Source: Bugula neritina (Eukaryota; Animalia; Bryozoa). From it: DNA of 64,000 nt. Location: contig OZ037772.1 of assembly GCA_964035545.1 (NCBI GenBank), forward strand, positions 13,080,818 to 13,144,817. The letters are read 5' to 3'. Both the position numbers and the translations under genes were made by a program. Under the pieces are notes generated by a model. The model saw only the letters and a program-made list of their open reading frames with translations, was not told where the DNA came from and did not search any database. Shown one piece after another: positions 15,401-32,400 of the stretch (position 1 is the first letter of the stretch; each line of letters opens with the position of its first letter).

Positions 15401-18400
15401 ATATACTAGATATTACTGTACATATATTACTATATTATATATGTTACTATATACTAGATATTACTGTACATATTATATTACTATACTATATATGTTACTA
15501 TATACTAGATAATACTGTACATATATTACTATATTATATATGTTACTATATACTAGATATTATTGTACATATTATATTACTATATTATATATGTTACTAT
15601 ATACTAGATATTACTGTACATATATTACTATATTATATATGTTACTATATACTAGATAATACTGTACATATTATATTACTATATTATATATGCTACTTTA
15701 TACTAGATATTATTGTACATATTATATTACTATATTATATATGTTACTATATACTAGATATTACTGTACATATTATATTACTATATTATATATGTTACTA
15801 TATACTAGATATTACTGTACATATTATATTACTATATTATATATGTTACTATATACTAGATATTACTGTACATATATTACTATATTATATATGTTACTAT
15901 ATACTAGATATTACTGTACATATATTACTATATTATATATGTTACTATATACTAGATATTACTGTACATATTATATTACTATATTATATATGTTACTATA
16001 TACTAGATATTACTGTACATATTATATTACTATATTATATATGCTACTATATACTAGATATTACTGTACATATATTACTATATTATATATGTTACTATAT
16101 ACTAGATATTACTGTACATATTATATTACTATATTATATATGTTACTATATACTAGATATTACTGTACATATTATATTACTATATTATATATGTTATTAT
16201 ATACTAGATATTACTCTACATATTATATTACTATATTATATATGTTACTATATACTAGATATAACTGTACATATTATATTACTATATTATATATGTTACT
16301 ATATACTAGATAATACTGTACATATTATATTACTATATTATATATGCTACTATATACTAGATATTACTGTACATATTATATTACTATATTATATATGTTA
16401 CTTTATACTAGATATTACTGTACATATTATATTACTATACTATATATGTTACTATATACTAGATATTACTGTACATATTATATTACTATATTATATATGT
16501 TACTATATACTAGATATTACTGTACATATTATATTACTATATTATATATGTTACTATATACTAGATATTACTGTACATATTATATTACTATATTATATAT
16601 GTTACTATATACTAGATATTACTGTACATATTATATTACTATATTATATATGCTACTATATACTAGATATTACTGTACATATATTACTATATTATATATG
16701 TTACTATATACTAGATATTACTGTACATATTATATTACTATATTATATATGTTACTATATACTAGATATTACTGTACATATTATATTACTATATTATATA
16801 TGTTATTATATACTAGATATTACTCTACATATTATATTACTATATTATATATGTTACTATATACTAGATATAACTGTACATATTATATTACTATATTATA
16901 TATGTTACTATATACTAGATAATACTGTACATATTATATTACTATATTATATATGTTACTATATACTAGATATTACTGTACATATTATATTACTATATTA
17001 TATATGTTACTATATACTAGATATTACTGTACATATTATATTACTATATTATATATGTTACTATATACTAGATATTACTGTACATATTATATTACTATAT
17101 TATATATGTTACTATATACTAGATATTACTGTACATATTATATTACTATATTATATATGTTACTATATACTAGATAATACTGTACATATTATATTACTAT
17201 ATTATATATGTTACTATATACTAGATATTACTGTACATATATTACTATATTATATATGTTACTTTATACTAGATATTACTGTACATACCATTTGCGAGAG
17301 AATCTAAAACAAAAGAAAATCAGCTAAAGTTAATTTGATGCTACAAATGCATATGTATAGTACAATGCATATTTGTACCTGTTATTATTACTATTACACG
17401 CCTACAGGGACATATAGTATAATATTACACACACTTACAGAGGCATATAATATAATATTACACACACTTACAGAGACATATAATATAATATTACACTCAT
17501 AGGGACATATAATATAATATTACACACACTTACAGGGACATATATTATAATATTACACACACTTACAGGGACATATATTACAATATTACACACACTTACA
17601 AGGACATATAGTATAATATTACACACACTTACAGAGACATATAGTATAATATTACACGCTTACAGGGACATATAATATAATATTACACACACTTACAGGG
17701 ACATATAGTATAATATTACACACACTTACAGGGACATATAGTATAATATTACACACACTTACAGGGACATATATTATAATATTACACACACTTACAGGGA
17801 CATATAATATAATATTACACACACTTACAGGGACATATAGTATAATATTACACACACTTACAGAGACATATAGTATAATATTACACACACTTACAGGGAC
17901 ATATAGTATAATATTACACCTACAGGGACATATAGTATAATATTACACACACTTACAGGGACATATATTGCAGACTTTGGGACACTGTTCTACTACATCG
18001 GAATGGCTTAAACAGAGATGAGAGTAGGAATTACACCTAGCAAATTCTTCAACATTGCTACAGTTTACTACAACACAACGACATACGTACTGTCATTCTG
18101 CAGTTTATAATAATAGAGTATAATCTACAGAATACTACAACACAATGTTATACAGCAGTCAATAGAGTATAATCTACAGAATACTACAACACAACGTTTT
18201 ACAGCAGTCAATAGAGTATAATCTACAGAATACTCACATCCACAGTCGTACTTAGAGAGGTACCACTTCTTGGTGCAGCAGCACCTGCAGGATGACAACT
18301 CCAAAACTCCACCATTTCTACACACTTTACCTCCACAGTCTAAAGAGTAACATATGATATGACAGTATACTATACAGTATAAAGAGTGACATATGATATG

Positions 18401-21400
18401 ACAGTATACTATACAGTCTAAAGAGTAACATATGATATGACAGTATACTATACAGTATAAAGAGTGACATATGATATGACAGTATACTATACAGTATAAA
18501 GAGTAACATATGATATGACAGTATACTATACAGTATAAAGAGTAACATATGATATGACAGTATACTATACAGTATAAAGAGTAACATATGATATGACAGT
18601 ATACTATACAGTATAAAGAGTAACATATGATATGACAGTATACTATACAGTATAAAGAGTAACATATGATATGACAGTATACAAGACAGACAATCTGATT
18701 GGACAAATGACAGGATATAAGAGACGCAATCTGATTGGACGAATATATCGCCGACTGACTCACCACACAACTCGTCTGCCGAGCATTTCCCTGGACAGTA
18801 CTCACATCTGGGACCACGATCAAATGCCATCAACCAGTCTTCATTCTCCAACCTCCTACAAACGAGCGCAGTCCACTGATATAGTGTTGTGGTAAATTAC
18901 AAGTTTCTATTCAAATACAGAGTGTGTTGTGGGGACACCCACAATCAGTGGAGAATGCCTTTCTGAGAACTCAGGCTAATTTGAAATTAGGCTAACCAAC
19001 TCAATAAAGAGATGCACCAGACAAAGGTCACGTTAAACCTTGGAACTTGAAATATCTAAAATTAGTATTGTCTGTCGTACGTGTTTCTGTTTTTGCTGTA
19101 GTGCTGTGAGTGAATATGGTATCTAACTGAATATAGTTAGATAAACTGTGAGTTGGTGTATTATTTAGATAAACTGTGAGTTGGTGTATTATTTAGATAA
19201 ACTGTAAGTTGGTCTATTATTTAGATAAACTGTAAGTTGGTGCGTTATTTCAATAAACTGTAAGAATTGGTGTATCATTTAGACTGACCGGTGAGCGTAG
19301 TTGCAGACGTAGAAGTTTTGCCCCTCCAAGTTGCTACAGGAAGAGTAACCACAGCCTATCTTTGCTGAAGTTGCCCAAATCATCTAGATGGTGTACAATA
19401 ACAGTATATAGTGTAGTGTAAGTTAATATAATGAGTATATAGAGTAGTGTAAGTTAATATAATGAGTATACAGTGTAGTGTAAGTTAATATAATGAGTAT
19501 ATAGAGTAGTGTAAGTTAATATAATGAGTATATAGAGTAGTGTAAGTTAATATAATGAGTATATAGAGTAGTGTAAGTTAATATAATGAGTATATAGTGT
19601 AGTGTAAGTTAATATAATGAGTATGTAGTGTAGTGTAAGTTAATATAATGAGTATATAGAGTAGTGTAAGTTAATATAATGAGTATAATATAGTGTAGTG
19701 TAAGTTAATATAATGAGTATATAGAGTAGTGTAAGTTAATATAATGAGTATATAGAGTAGTGTAAGTTAATATAATGAGTATATAGTGTAGTGTAAGTTA
19801 ATATAATGAGTATATAGAGTAGTGTAAGTTAATATAATGAGTATATAGTGTAGTGTAAGTTAATATAATGAGTATATAGAGTAGTGTAAGTTAATATAAT
19901 GAGTATACAGTGTAGTGTAAGTTAATATAATGAGTATATAGAGTAGTGTAAGTTAATATAATGAGTATATAGAGTAGTGTAAGTTAATATAATGAGTATA
20001 CAGTGTAGTGTAAGTTAATATAATGAGTATATAGAGTAGTGTAAGTTAATATAATGAGTATATAGTGTAGTGTAAGTTAATATAATGAGTATATAGAGTA
20101 GTGTAAGTTAATATAATGAGTATAATATAGTGTAGTGTAAGTTAATATAATGAGTATATAGAGTAGTGTAAGTTAATATAATGAGTATATAGTGTAGTGT
20201 AAGTTAATATAATGAGTATATAGAGTAGTGTAAGTTAATATAATGAGTATATAGTGTAGTGTAAGTTAATATAATGAGTATATAGAGTAGTGTAAGTTAA
20301 TATAATGAGTATATAGTGTAGTGTAAGTTAATATAATGAGTATATAGAGTAGTGTAAGTTAATATAATGAGTATATAGAGTAGTGTAAGTTAATATAATG
20401 AGTATATAGTGTAGTGTAAGTTAATATAATGAGTATATAGAGTAGTGTAAGTTAATATAATGAGTATATAGAGTAGTGTAAGTTAATATAATGAGTATAT
20501 AGTGTAGTGTAAGTTAATATAATGAGTATATAGTGTAGTGTAAGTTAATATAATGAGTATATAGAGTAGTGTAAGTTAATATAATGAGTATATAGTGTAG
20601 TGTAAGTTAATATAATGAGTATATAGTGTAGTGTAAGTTAATATAATGAGTATATAGTGTAGTGTAAGTTAATATAATGAGTATATAGTGTAGTGTAAAT
20701 TAGTATAATGAGTATATAGAGTAGTGTAAGTTAAGAATACCTGGATGTAATTCTGGATTTCACTGAGTTGGTTATCCATCCCGATAGAGTAACGTCTTTT
20801 CTCCCTCAGCCAGCTGTCGAGAGCGTCATCCCAGGAGGCCCCGCCCAATTCAATGTTCTGGCCAAGGTCATACTTCCCCGGAATTCGTCGAATCGAATCT
20901 CGCCGATACTGGCAGTTGTCTGCCCACCGCTGAGCTACAGCCGCAATCTCATCGTCCCAGACCTGAGGTGAGAATTATCTGATTAACTGAATCCTACCAT
21001 ATCATAACGTGACATACCATGTGACATATCATGTCATCACGTGACATATCATGTCATCACGTGACATACCATGTCATCATGTGACATACCATGTCATCAT
21101 GTGACATACCATGTCACATGATGACATACCATGTGACATATCATGTGACATACCGTGTCATCACGTGACATATCATGTCATCACGTGACATACCATGTCA
21201 TCATGTGACATACCATGTCATCATGTGACATACCATGTCACACGATGACATACCATGTCATCACGTGACATACCATATCATCATGTGACATACCATGTCA
21301 TCATGTGACATACCATGTCATCATGTGACATACCATGTCATCACGTGACATACTGTGTCATCATGTGACATACCGTGTCATCACGTGACATACCACGTGA

Positions 21401-24028
21401 CATACTGTGTCATCATGTGACATACCACGTGACATACCATATCATCACGTGACATACCATATCATCATGTGACATACCATGTCATCATGTGACATACCAT
21501 GTCATCATGTGACATACCATATCATCATGTGACATACCATGTCATCATGTGACATACCATGTCATCATGTGACATACCATGTCATCATGTGACATACCAT
21601 GTCATCACGTGACATACTGTGTCATTATGTGACATACCATGTCATCACGTGACATACCACGTGACATACTGTGTCATCATGTGACATACCACGTGACATA
21701 CCATATCATCACGTGACATACCGTGTCATAGCCTAGAGACAGTAAAGTATGTAGTTTGCTTGGTCTAATTATCCACATTCTAAAGTTACAACAAATAATA
21801 TTAATTCTAGAGTTTGGACAATATCTAATATTATATTATTTATTATATTATGTTATTAAGTTATAATATTATATTATGTACTATAATATATTTTTATATT
21901 ATGTTATCATATTACACTATTATATTATATATTATTATGTATTACCATCTTCTGCATATTCCGAGCATTGACAAGAGATCTGATACTATTGTGTCTTTCT
22001 ACAATAGTCTGCTGGTCTGTGACAGACACGCCTACAAATTATCAGCCAATCAAATTATACGATACATGAAGTTTACGGAAGGAGATATATACTCGCGCCA
22101 ATCATTCTATTCGATGTAGCAGTTCATTCTATTCAATATAGTAGATAACTCTATGTAATATAGTAGTTAATTCTATGTAATATAGTAGTTAATTCTATGT
22201 AATATAGCAGTTAATTCTATGTAATATAGCAGTTAATTCTATGTAATATAGCAGTTAATTCTATGTAATATAGTAGTTAATTCTATGTAATATAGCAGTT
22301 AATTCTATGTAATATAGCAGTTAATTCTATGTAATATAGCAGTTAATTCTATGTAATATAGCAGTTAATTCTATGTAATATAGCAGTTAATTCTATGTAA
22401 TATAGCAGTTAATTCTATGTAATATAGCCGTTAATTCTATGTAATATAGTAGTTAATTCTATGTAATATAGCAGTTAATTCTATGTAATATAGCAGTTAA
22501 TTCTATGTAATATAGCAGTTAATTCTATGTAATATAGCAGTTAATTCTATGTAATATAGCAGTTAATTCTATGTAATATAGCAGTTAATTCTATGTAATA
22601 TAGCAGTTAATTCTATGTAATATAGCAGTTAATTCTATGTAATATAGCAGTTAATTCTATGTAATATAGCAGTTAATTCTATGTAATATAGCAGTTAATT
22701 CTATGTAATATAGCAGTTAATTCTATGTAATAGAGCAGTTAATTCTATGTAATATAGCAGTTAATTCTATGTAATATAGCAGTTAATTCTATGTAATATA
22801 GCAGTTAATTCTATGTAATATAGTAGTTAATTCTATGTAATATAGCAGTTAATTCTATGTAATATAGCAGTTAATTCTATGTAATATAGTAGTTAATTCT
22901 ATGTAATATAGCAGTTAATTCTATGTAATATAATAGTTCATTATATTCAATACAGAAGTTCATTTTATGTAATATACAAAGTTAGGAACTACAATCTCCA
23001 CAGCAGTGATCAAAATAAATAAATATACAAGGTGATGGTTGACATGGAAACGCTGCTATTCAGGTGAAAGCAGGTTGTACCTGATTGGTTGGCATAGGTA
23101 GACTTGGGCAGACAGGCTGTATGGTTCTCGTTGTAGTAGAAGTAGTTGGTGGTTATGCAGTCAGAGGGCTTTACGCCTTTACATGTCTACAAGCAGATGT
23201 GGGGGAATATGACAGACTGTCTACAAACAGATGTGGGAGAATATGACAGACTGTCTACAAACAGATGTGGAGAATATGACAGACTGTCTACAAACAGATG
23301 TGAGAGAATATGACAGATTGTTTAGAAGTAAACCACAGTTATCAGAAAACCTGATTTGCTCACCTGCAGAAGTGTGACTAGAAACAAGATGGCTACTTGG
23401 AGATAGGACACTCTAGCGGAAGAAGATTCCCAGTCTAAGTATGACAAAGTAGTTATTATGTAATATTATGTAACACTGTATCATGTAACACTATATCATG
23501 TAATACTACATCATGTAATACTATATTATGTAACACTATATTATGCAATACTATATAAATGTAATATTATATTATGTAATACTATATCATGTAATATTAT
23601 ATTATGTAATATAAATGTAATATTACGAGTTTATTATGTAATATAAATGTAATATTATATTATGTAATATAAATGTAATATTATATTATGTGATACTTTA
23701 TCATGTAATATTATATTATGTAATACTATATCATGTAATACTATATTATGCAATACTATATAAATGTAATATTATATCATGTAATATAAATGTAATATTA
23801 CAAGTATATTATGTAATATAAATGTAATATTATATTATGTAATATAAATGTAATGGTATATAACTGAGAGATCAATGAATCTGATGTACTAGTGGCTGAG
23901 AGGTAGTAAAAGCTGCATAGCTATATTGTGACCAGCACTAGTCTCACACTCAGCTAGAGATGAGCCACTCGTATAGTTCCTCAATACAACTTAGGTTTTG
24001 GCTAACCTGAGAGAGAACTAACAGTCAT
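6436..24028 (-). CDS. CAP1: CAP/SCP (CRISP/GLIPR-like) protein with signal peptide, CAP, hinge, EGF-like, ShKT-like and hydrophobic GPI-like tail. Exons 24007-24028 (tentative), 23364-23434, 23081-23186, 21946-22031, 20741-20962, 19289-19383, 18764-18855, 18238-18339, 17957-18067, 17289-17303, 6436-6533
   Basis: Motifs HNSIR..NMQKMVWDDEIAAVAQRWADNC, GQNI, MIWATSAKIGCG, FYVCNY, CGGKVCRNGG and CPKVCNIC. Phases are consistent. AATAAA on the - strand at 6037-6042. Confidence 0.85.
6610..17288. repeat. About 10.7-kb AT-rich satellite, 51-bp unit with a 48-bp variant, about 210 copies, in the last intron of CAP1
   Basis: Unit ATATTACTGTACATATTATATTACTATATTATATATGTTACTATATACTAG; it accounts for all ORFs from 6645 to 17307. 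Confidence 0.98.
17398..17965. repeat. 33-bp minisatellite that reiterates the CAP1 ShKT-exon donor (- strand TGTCCCT|GTAAGT)
   Basis: About 17 units, most containing CCCTGTAAGT on the - strand. Confidence 0.93.
18340..18680. repeat. 39-bp intronic minisatellite abutting the CAP1 EGF-exon acceptor
   Basis: Direct tandem units. Confidence 0.93.
19404..20733. repeat. 31-bp intronic minisatellite
   Basis: Unit GTGTAAGTTAATATAATGAGTATATAGAGTA. Confidence 0.96.
20995..21730. repeat. 20-bp minisatellite with an internal inverted repeat (TGACAT-ACC-ATGTCA)
   Basis: Unit TGACATACCATGTCATCAYG. Confidence 0.93.
22150..22935. repeat. 22-bp intronic minisatellite
   Basis: Unit GTTAATTCTATGTAATATAGCA. 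Confidence 0.96.
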
Positions 24029-24235
24029 TTTGATTGGCTAATCATCTACTAACAGTTGATGTGAATAGCTGAAGCATTTCCAGATGCTATGCTGTGACGC
24101 AATAAACATATCAAAGTAGAGAAAATGGTTAAAATTCTGTTGAAATTTGAAAAAATTCTTCAAGTTTTTTGAATTTTTTAATTAGCTAAAAGTTCAACAA
24201 GAATTATATCATTTTAGGACTTATGAAATTTTACA

Positions 24236-24980
24236 ATTATTCAACTATCCTATACAGATTATATAACATATTATTATATTCAACTATGCTATACAGATTA
24301 TATAACATATTATTATATTCAACTATCCTATACAGATTATATAACATATTATTATATTCAACTATGCTATACAGATTATATAACATATTATTATATTCAA
24401 CTATGCTATACAGATTATATAACATATTATTATATTCAACTATGCTATACAGATTATATAACATATTATTATATTCAACTATGCTATACAGATTATATAA
24501 CATATTATTATATTCAACTATCCTATACAGATTATATAACATATTATTATATTCAACTATGCTATACAGATTATATAACATATTATTATATTCAACTATC
24601 CTATACAGATTATATAACATATTATTATATTCAACTATCCTATACAGATTATATAACATATTATTATATTCAACTATGCTATACAGATTATATAACATAT
24701 TATTATATTCAACTATGCTATACAGATTATATAACATATTATTATATTCAACTATGCTATACAGATTATATAACATATTATTATATTCAACTATCCTATA
24801 CAGATTATATAACATATTATTATATTCAACTATGCTATACAGATTATATAACATATTATTATATTCAACTATGCTATACAGATTATATAACATATTATTA
24901 TATTCAACTATGCTATACAGATTATATAACATATTATTATATTCAACTATGCTATACAGATTATATAACATATTATTATG
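24236..24980. repeat. 39-bp minisatellite
   Basis: Accounts for ORFs 24223-24981 and 24237-25013. Confidence 0.96.
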
Positions 24981-25027
24981 AACTTTCAGTGAGTGCCATT
25001 GCAGAAAACGCATCTCTTAGTTTGCAA

Positions 25028-25405
25028 ATAATATCTACATAGAATATATACATATAATAATATCTACATAGAATATATACATATAATAATATCTACATAG
25101 AATATATACATATAATACTATCTACATAGAATATATACATATAATAATATCTACATAGAATATATACATATAATAATATCTACATAGAATATATACATAT
25201 AATAATATCTACATAGAATATATACATATAATACTATCTACATAGAATATATACATATAATAATATCTACATAGAATATATACATATAATACTATCTACA
25301 TAGAATATATACATATAATAATATCTACATAGAATATATACATATAATAATATCTACATAGAATATATACATATAATAATATCTACATAGAATATATACA
25401 TATAT
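25028..25405. repeat. 29-bp minisatellite
   Basis: Unit ATAATATCTACATAGAATATATACATATA. Confidence 0.95.
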
Positions 25406-25867
25406 AAAACATCTCCTCTGTAAGAGTTTGCAATCCTATTAGTTCTCAGGTATAAACACTGCGCATGTGGTGTACACAGTATTATTACATTGACATAAGA
25501 CACCTGCAGCCACTTGCTAGAATGGTCACAGCTAGTCTACGTGTGATCGCAATCTCAGACAGTTTTGGATTGGATAGTAGATAATGTTATCTCGTATACT
25601 ATTGGTCCAATTAGCAAATCGTCAGTTACTGTAAGAATGTTGTACGCCAACGCTCCATTTCAATATTAAAATGTGCTTTATTTTAAAAATTACAAGAAAC
25701 AGATTGTTAGTTCTTAGTTTGGTTAGAATGAGTTCTTAGTTTGGCTAGAGTGAGTTCTTAGTTTAGTTAGAGTGAGTTCTTAGTTTAGTTAGAGTGAGTT
25801 CTTAGTTTAGTTAGAGTGAGTTCTCTTCTCAGAGTGTGGGTGGGTGAGAAGGTAATCCATCTTCAGC

Positions 25868-29522
<3,655 letters not shown>

Positions 29523-30156
29523 ATTCAAACTATACTATTTCCCAGCACATGCTTCACTTTCTGCCAAATAAAAAAACATTCACTCTAATTGAAAAGGATT
29601 CCGTCTTAGAAGTAGAAAATTTCGTGTTTCCATTCCTGACATTGCTGGAATTGCAGAAGTTTATAATAGTTTCCTATAAAGTGAGAAACTGAAATGAGAA
29701 ATTTTGCAGTCAAACCTGTATCGTACTATTACCGTAGTTTGAGGGTAAACTATTTATATGGCAATAAGTGACCCTGACACAGCATACCCTTAAAACTAAA
29801 ACCTCTTTAGGGATTGACAACAAATGTCATGATTACTTTTTAAATTGAGCTAAAATAAAAACAACCTAGCTAGTAGCATATACTCTACGTATGAGATTTG
29901 TTACGTACTATACTGAATCCCCAACTCTCTACACTCAACCGTGCAATGTTAGAGTGGTAAACCGTATGTGAGAACTTAGGAATTGCTGTTCTTGACTATA
30001 GAATGAGAAATGTGGGTGTGGTGTATTACTTTATTCAGTATTCTAGAGAGAACATAACTCCCAGTAGATCAAATAAGACCAACACCATAGCATATATTTA
30101 AAGTCAATCAAAGTTACAAGAAGGAGTATATAAATCTGTTGACTACTCAATCTGTG

Positions 30157-32070
30157 TTAAGTTGTGTCAAAGTGAAGGTTTTCATATGTTTCCTCAGGGA
30201 CCATCTTGGATTCCTCCGCATCCTTTTCCACATTGACATCTCCCTCCTTCTCACCTGTTTTCATACCTTCTAAATTGCCTTCCATGTTTAACTCGGCGTA
30301 GGATTTCATGTCGGAGTGACTTTTGCTAACCACTTCGTTAGTGCCAGCTAATCCATCAACTTCTAGTTGAGAATTGTGATTTTCAGCCGCGCTGGGCTCC
30401 AGATTACCAGATTGCTGGTTCTCATTTCTTTCCTTATCAGCAATGTCCTGGGCACTGAGTTTAATGTCATTCACCTCGATGCTATCTTGTGCAAGAGCTT
30501 CAACAAACGGAGGAGTTGCCTGTCCTTCATCTCTTGATTCACCGCCAAGCATATTCATACTTGGAATGTTTGAGCCGAGAATGAGTTGTGCGAGCTCATC
30601 GCTGGTTTTATCTTTAGACTCGTTGCCATCCACCACTAGCTCGCTCCTCTCACCCCCAACCACAGTGTCGGAGGTTGAGGAGCCAGAGTTCAGTCTATGA
30701 TTTATAGGAATGCATTTCTCTGAGGCCAGGGCTAGCTCCTGCATGTTGAGGAACATGTATGTGTACTCTGATTGGTCGGTCATGGAGGAAACCTTGAGTT
30801 TACTTCCTGTCAACGGTTTCACGGCCGGCACCATCAGCAGAGCACTGCTTTCCTTGTCTACAGGGTTTGATGTCTTCTTCAGTGATTTGCGTTTTACTCT
30901 GCAGAGGTACAAGTCAGTAATTACACTATGTACTACGTGCTACTATTATACTCTATTATACTACTATTATACTACTATTATACTACTATTATACTATTAT
31001 ATTATACTACTGTATTATACTACTGTATTATACTACTATTATACTACTATTATACTACTATTATACTACTATTATACTGCTATTATACTACCATTATACT
31101 ACTATTATACTATTATATTATACTACTGTATTATACTACTGTATTATACTACTATTATACTGCTATTATACTACTATTATACTGCTATTATACTACTACT
31201 ACTACTATTATACTACTATTATACTACTATATTATACTACTGTTTTATACTACTATTATACTACTAGTATACTACTATTATACTGCTACAACTACTATTA
31301 CTGCTACTACTACTGCTACTACTACTACTATAACTACTACTAGTACTACTGCTACTACTGCTGCTACTACTACTACTACCTACTACTACTACTACTAGTA
31401 CTACTACTACTACTACCTACTACTGCTACTGCTACTACTACTACTAGTACTACTGCTGCTACTACTACTACTACTATAACTACTACTAGTACTACTGCTA
31501 CTACTGCTGCTGCTACTGCTATACTACCATCAATACCACAAAACCTCCTTGTTTACCATCACCATGACGCTACAATATGATGATGACTTGTATTACATCA
31601 ACTCACTACTCACCTCACTACTGCTGACTCGCGCTTAGCTTTCGGTTTCTTCTTCTTACATTGAAGACAGCAAAAGGCTGACAGCAGAAGCACCACGAAA
31701 CCAGCTGCTCCAACAACCGACCAGCTGAGTGAAGATTTCCACCCGAAACCTGTAACTAATAGCACACAACTCCTCAAAACTCTGAGATGGTAACTAAGTG
31801 GTGTATCAATGTGAAGGTCATATCAAGGTGACTTACCTGTCTGAAGAGGCATATTTGGACTTGTGTTCAGAGTGATACATGGGAGACCTACACCGGGAGT
31901 ATAGATGGGTAGACCATGACTTCTAGCAGTGTGTAGAGATGATATTTAGTATATGAAGTATGCAGTATGTGAAACAGGTGTAGGCTGAGCTCACTTTAGT
32001 CGAGACAGGTGTTACCTGAGCTCACTTCGGTAGAGACAGACGGAATACGAAATGTTGAAACTGGGTCAGT
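30157..32070 (-). CDS. Single-pass membrane protein with a long acidic cytoplasmic tail carrying Tyr motifs; 5' end unresolved. Exons 32016-32070 (tentative), 31837-31922, 31614-31749, 30157-30898
   Basis: TM segment WSVVGAAGFVVLLLSAF, then CCLQC and KKKKPK. It splices in phase to ORF 30157-30912. AATAAA on the - strand at 30030-30035. Confidence 0.7.
30940..31525. repeat. Degenerate (TAC/TAT)n microsatellite in an intron
   Basis: Direct reading. Confidence 0.92.
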
Positions 32071-32227
32071 AGAAAATGAACTCTCATATTTACAATGAAC
32101 TACTCTTATTAAATACAATATTTGCTATAAATTAGTTGAGCAGTAGAAAACATCTGTGCAATTTATAGGTTGATTGTTGAGATAAAAGCAAAAATATTTT
32201 CACATCTCAACTCTCAGCTCACTTGAA

Positions 32228-32400
32228 GTATGGAGTGCCTTCATGAGTAGGAGTTGTCCTGCCTTCATGAGTAGGAGTTGTCCTGCCTCCATGAGCAGGA
32301 GTTGTCCTGCCTTCATGAGTAGGAGTTGTCTTGCCTCCATGAGTAGGAGTTGTTCTGCCTTCATGAGCAGGAGTTGTCCTGCCTCCATGAGTAGGAGTTG
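32228..32400. repeat. 24-bp minisatellite
   Basis: Unit CATGAGTAGGAGTTGTCCTGCCTY. Confidence 0.9.

Noticed and set aside
6645-17307. Giant Y/I/L-rich ORFs, including the 2391-aa ORF
   Set aside because: These are translations of a 51-bp satellite whose unit lacks stops in two frames. The array is intronic and antisense to CAP1, and has sporadic stops
24223-25013. Overlapping ~250-aa ORFs on both strands
   Set aside because: Artefact of the 39-bp minisatellite
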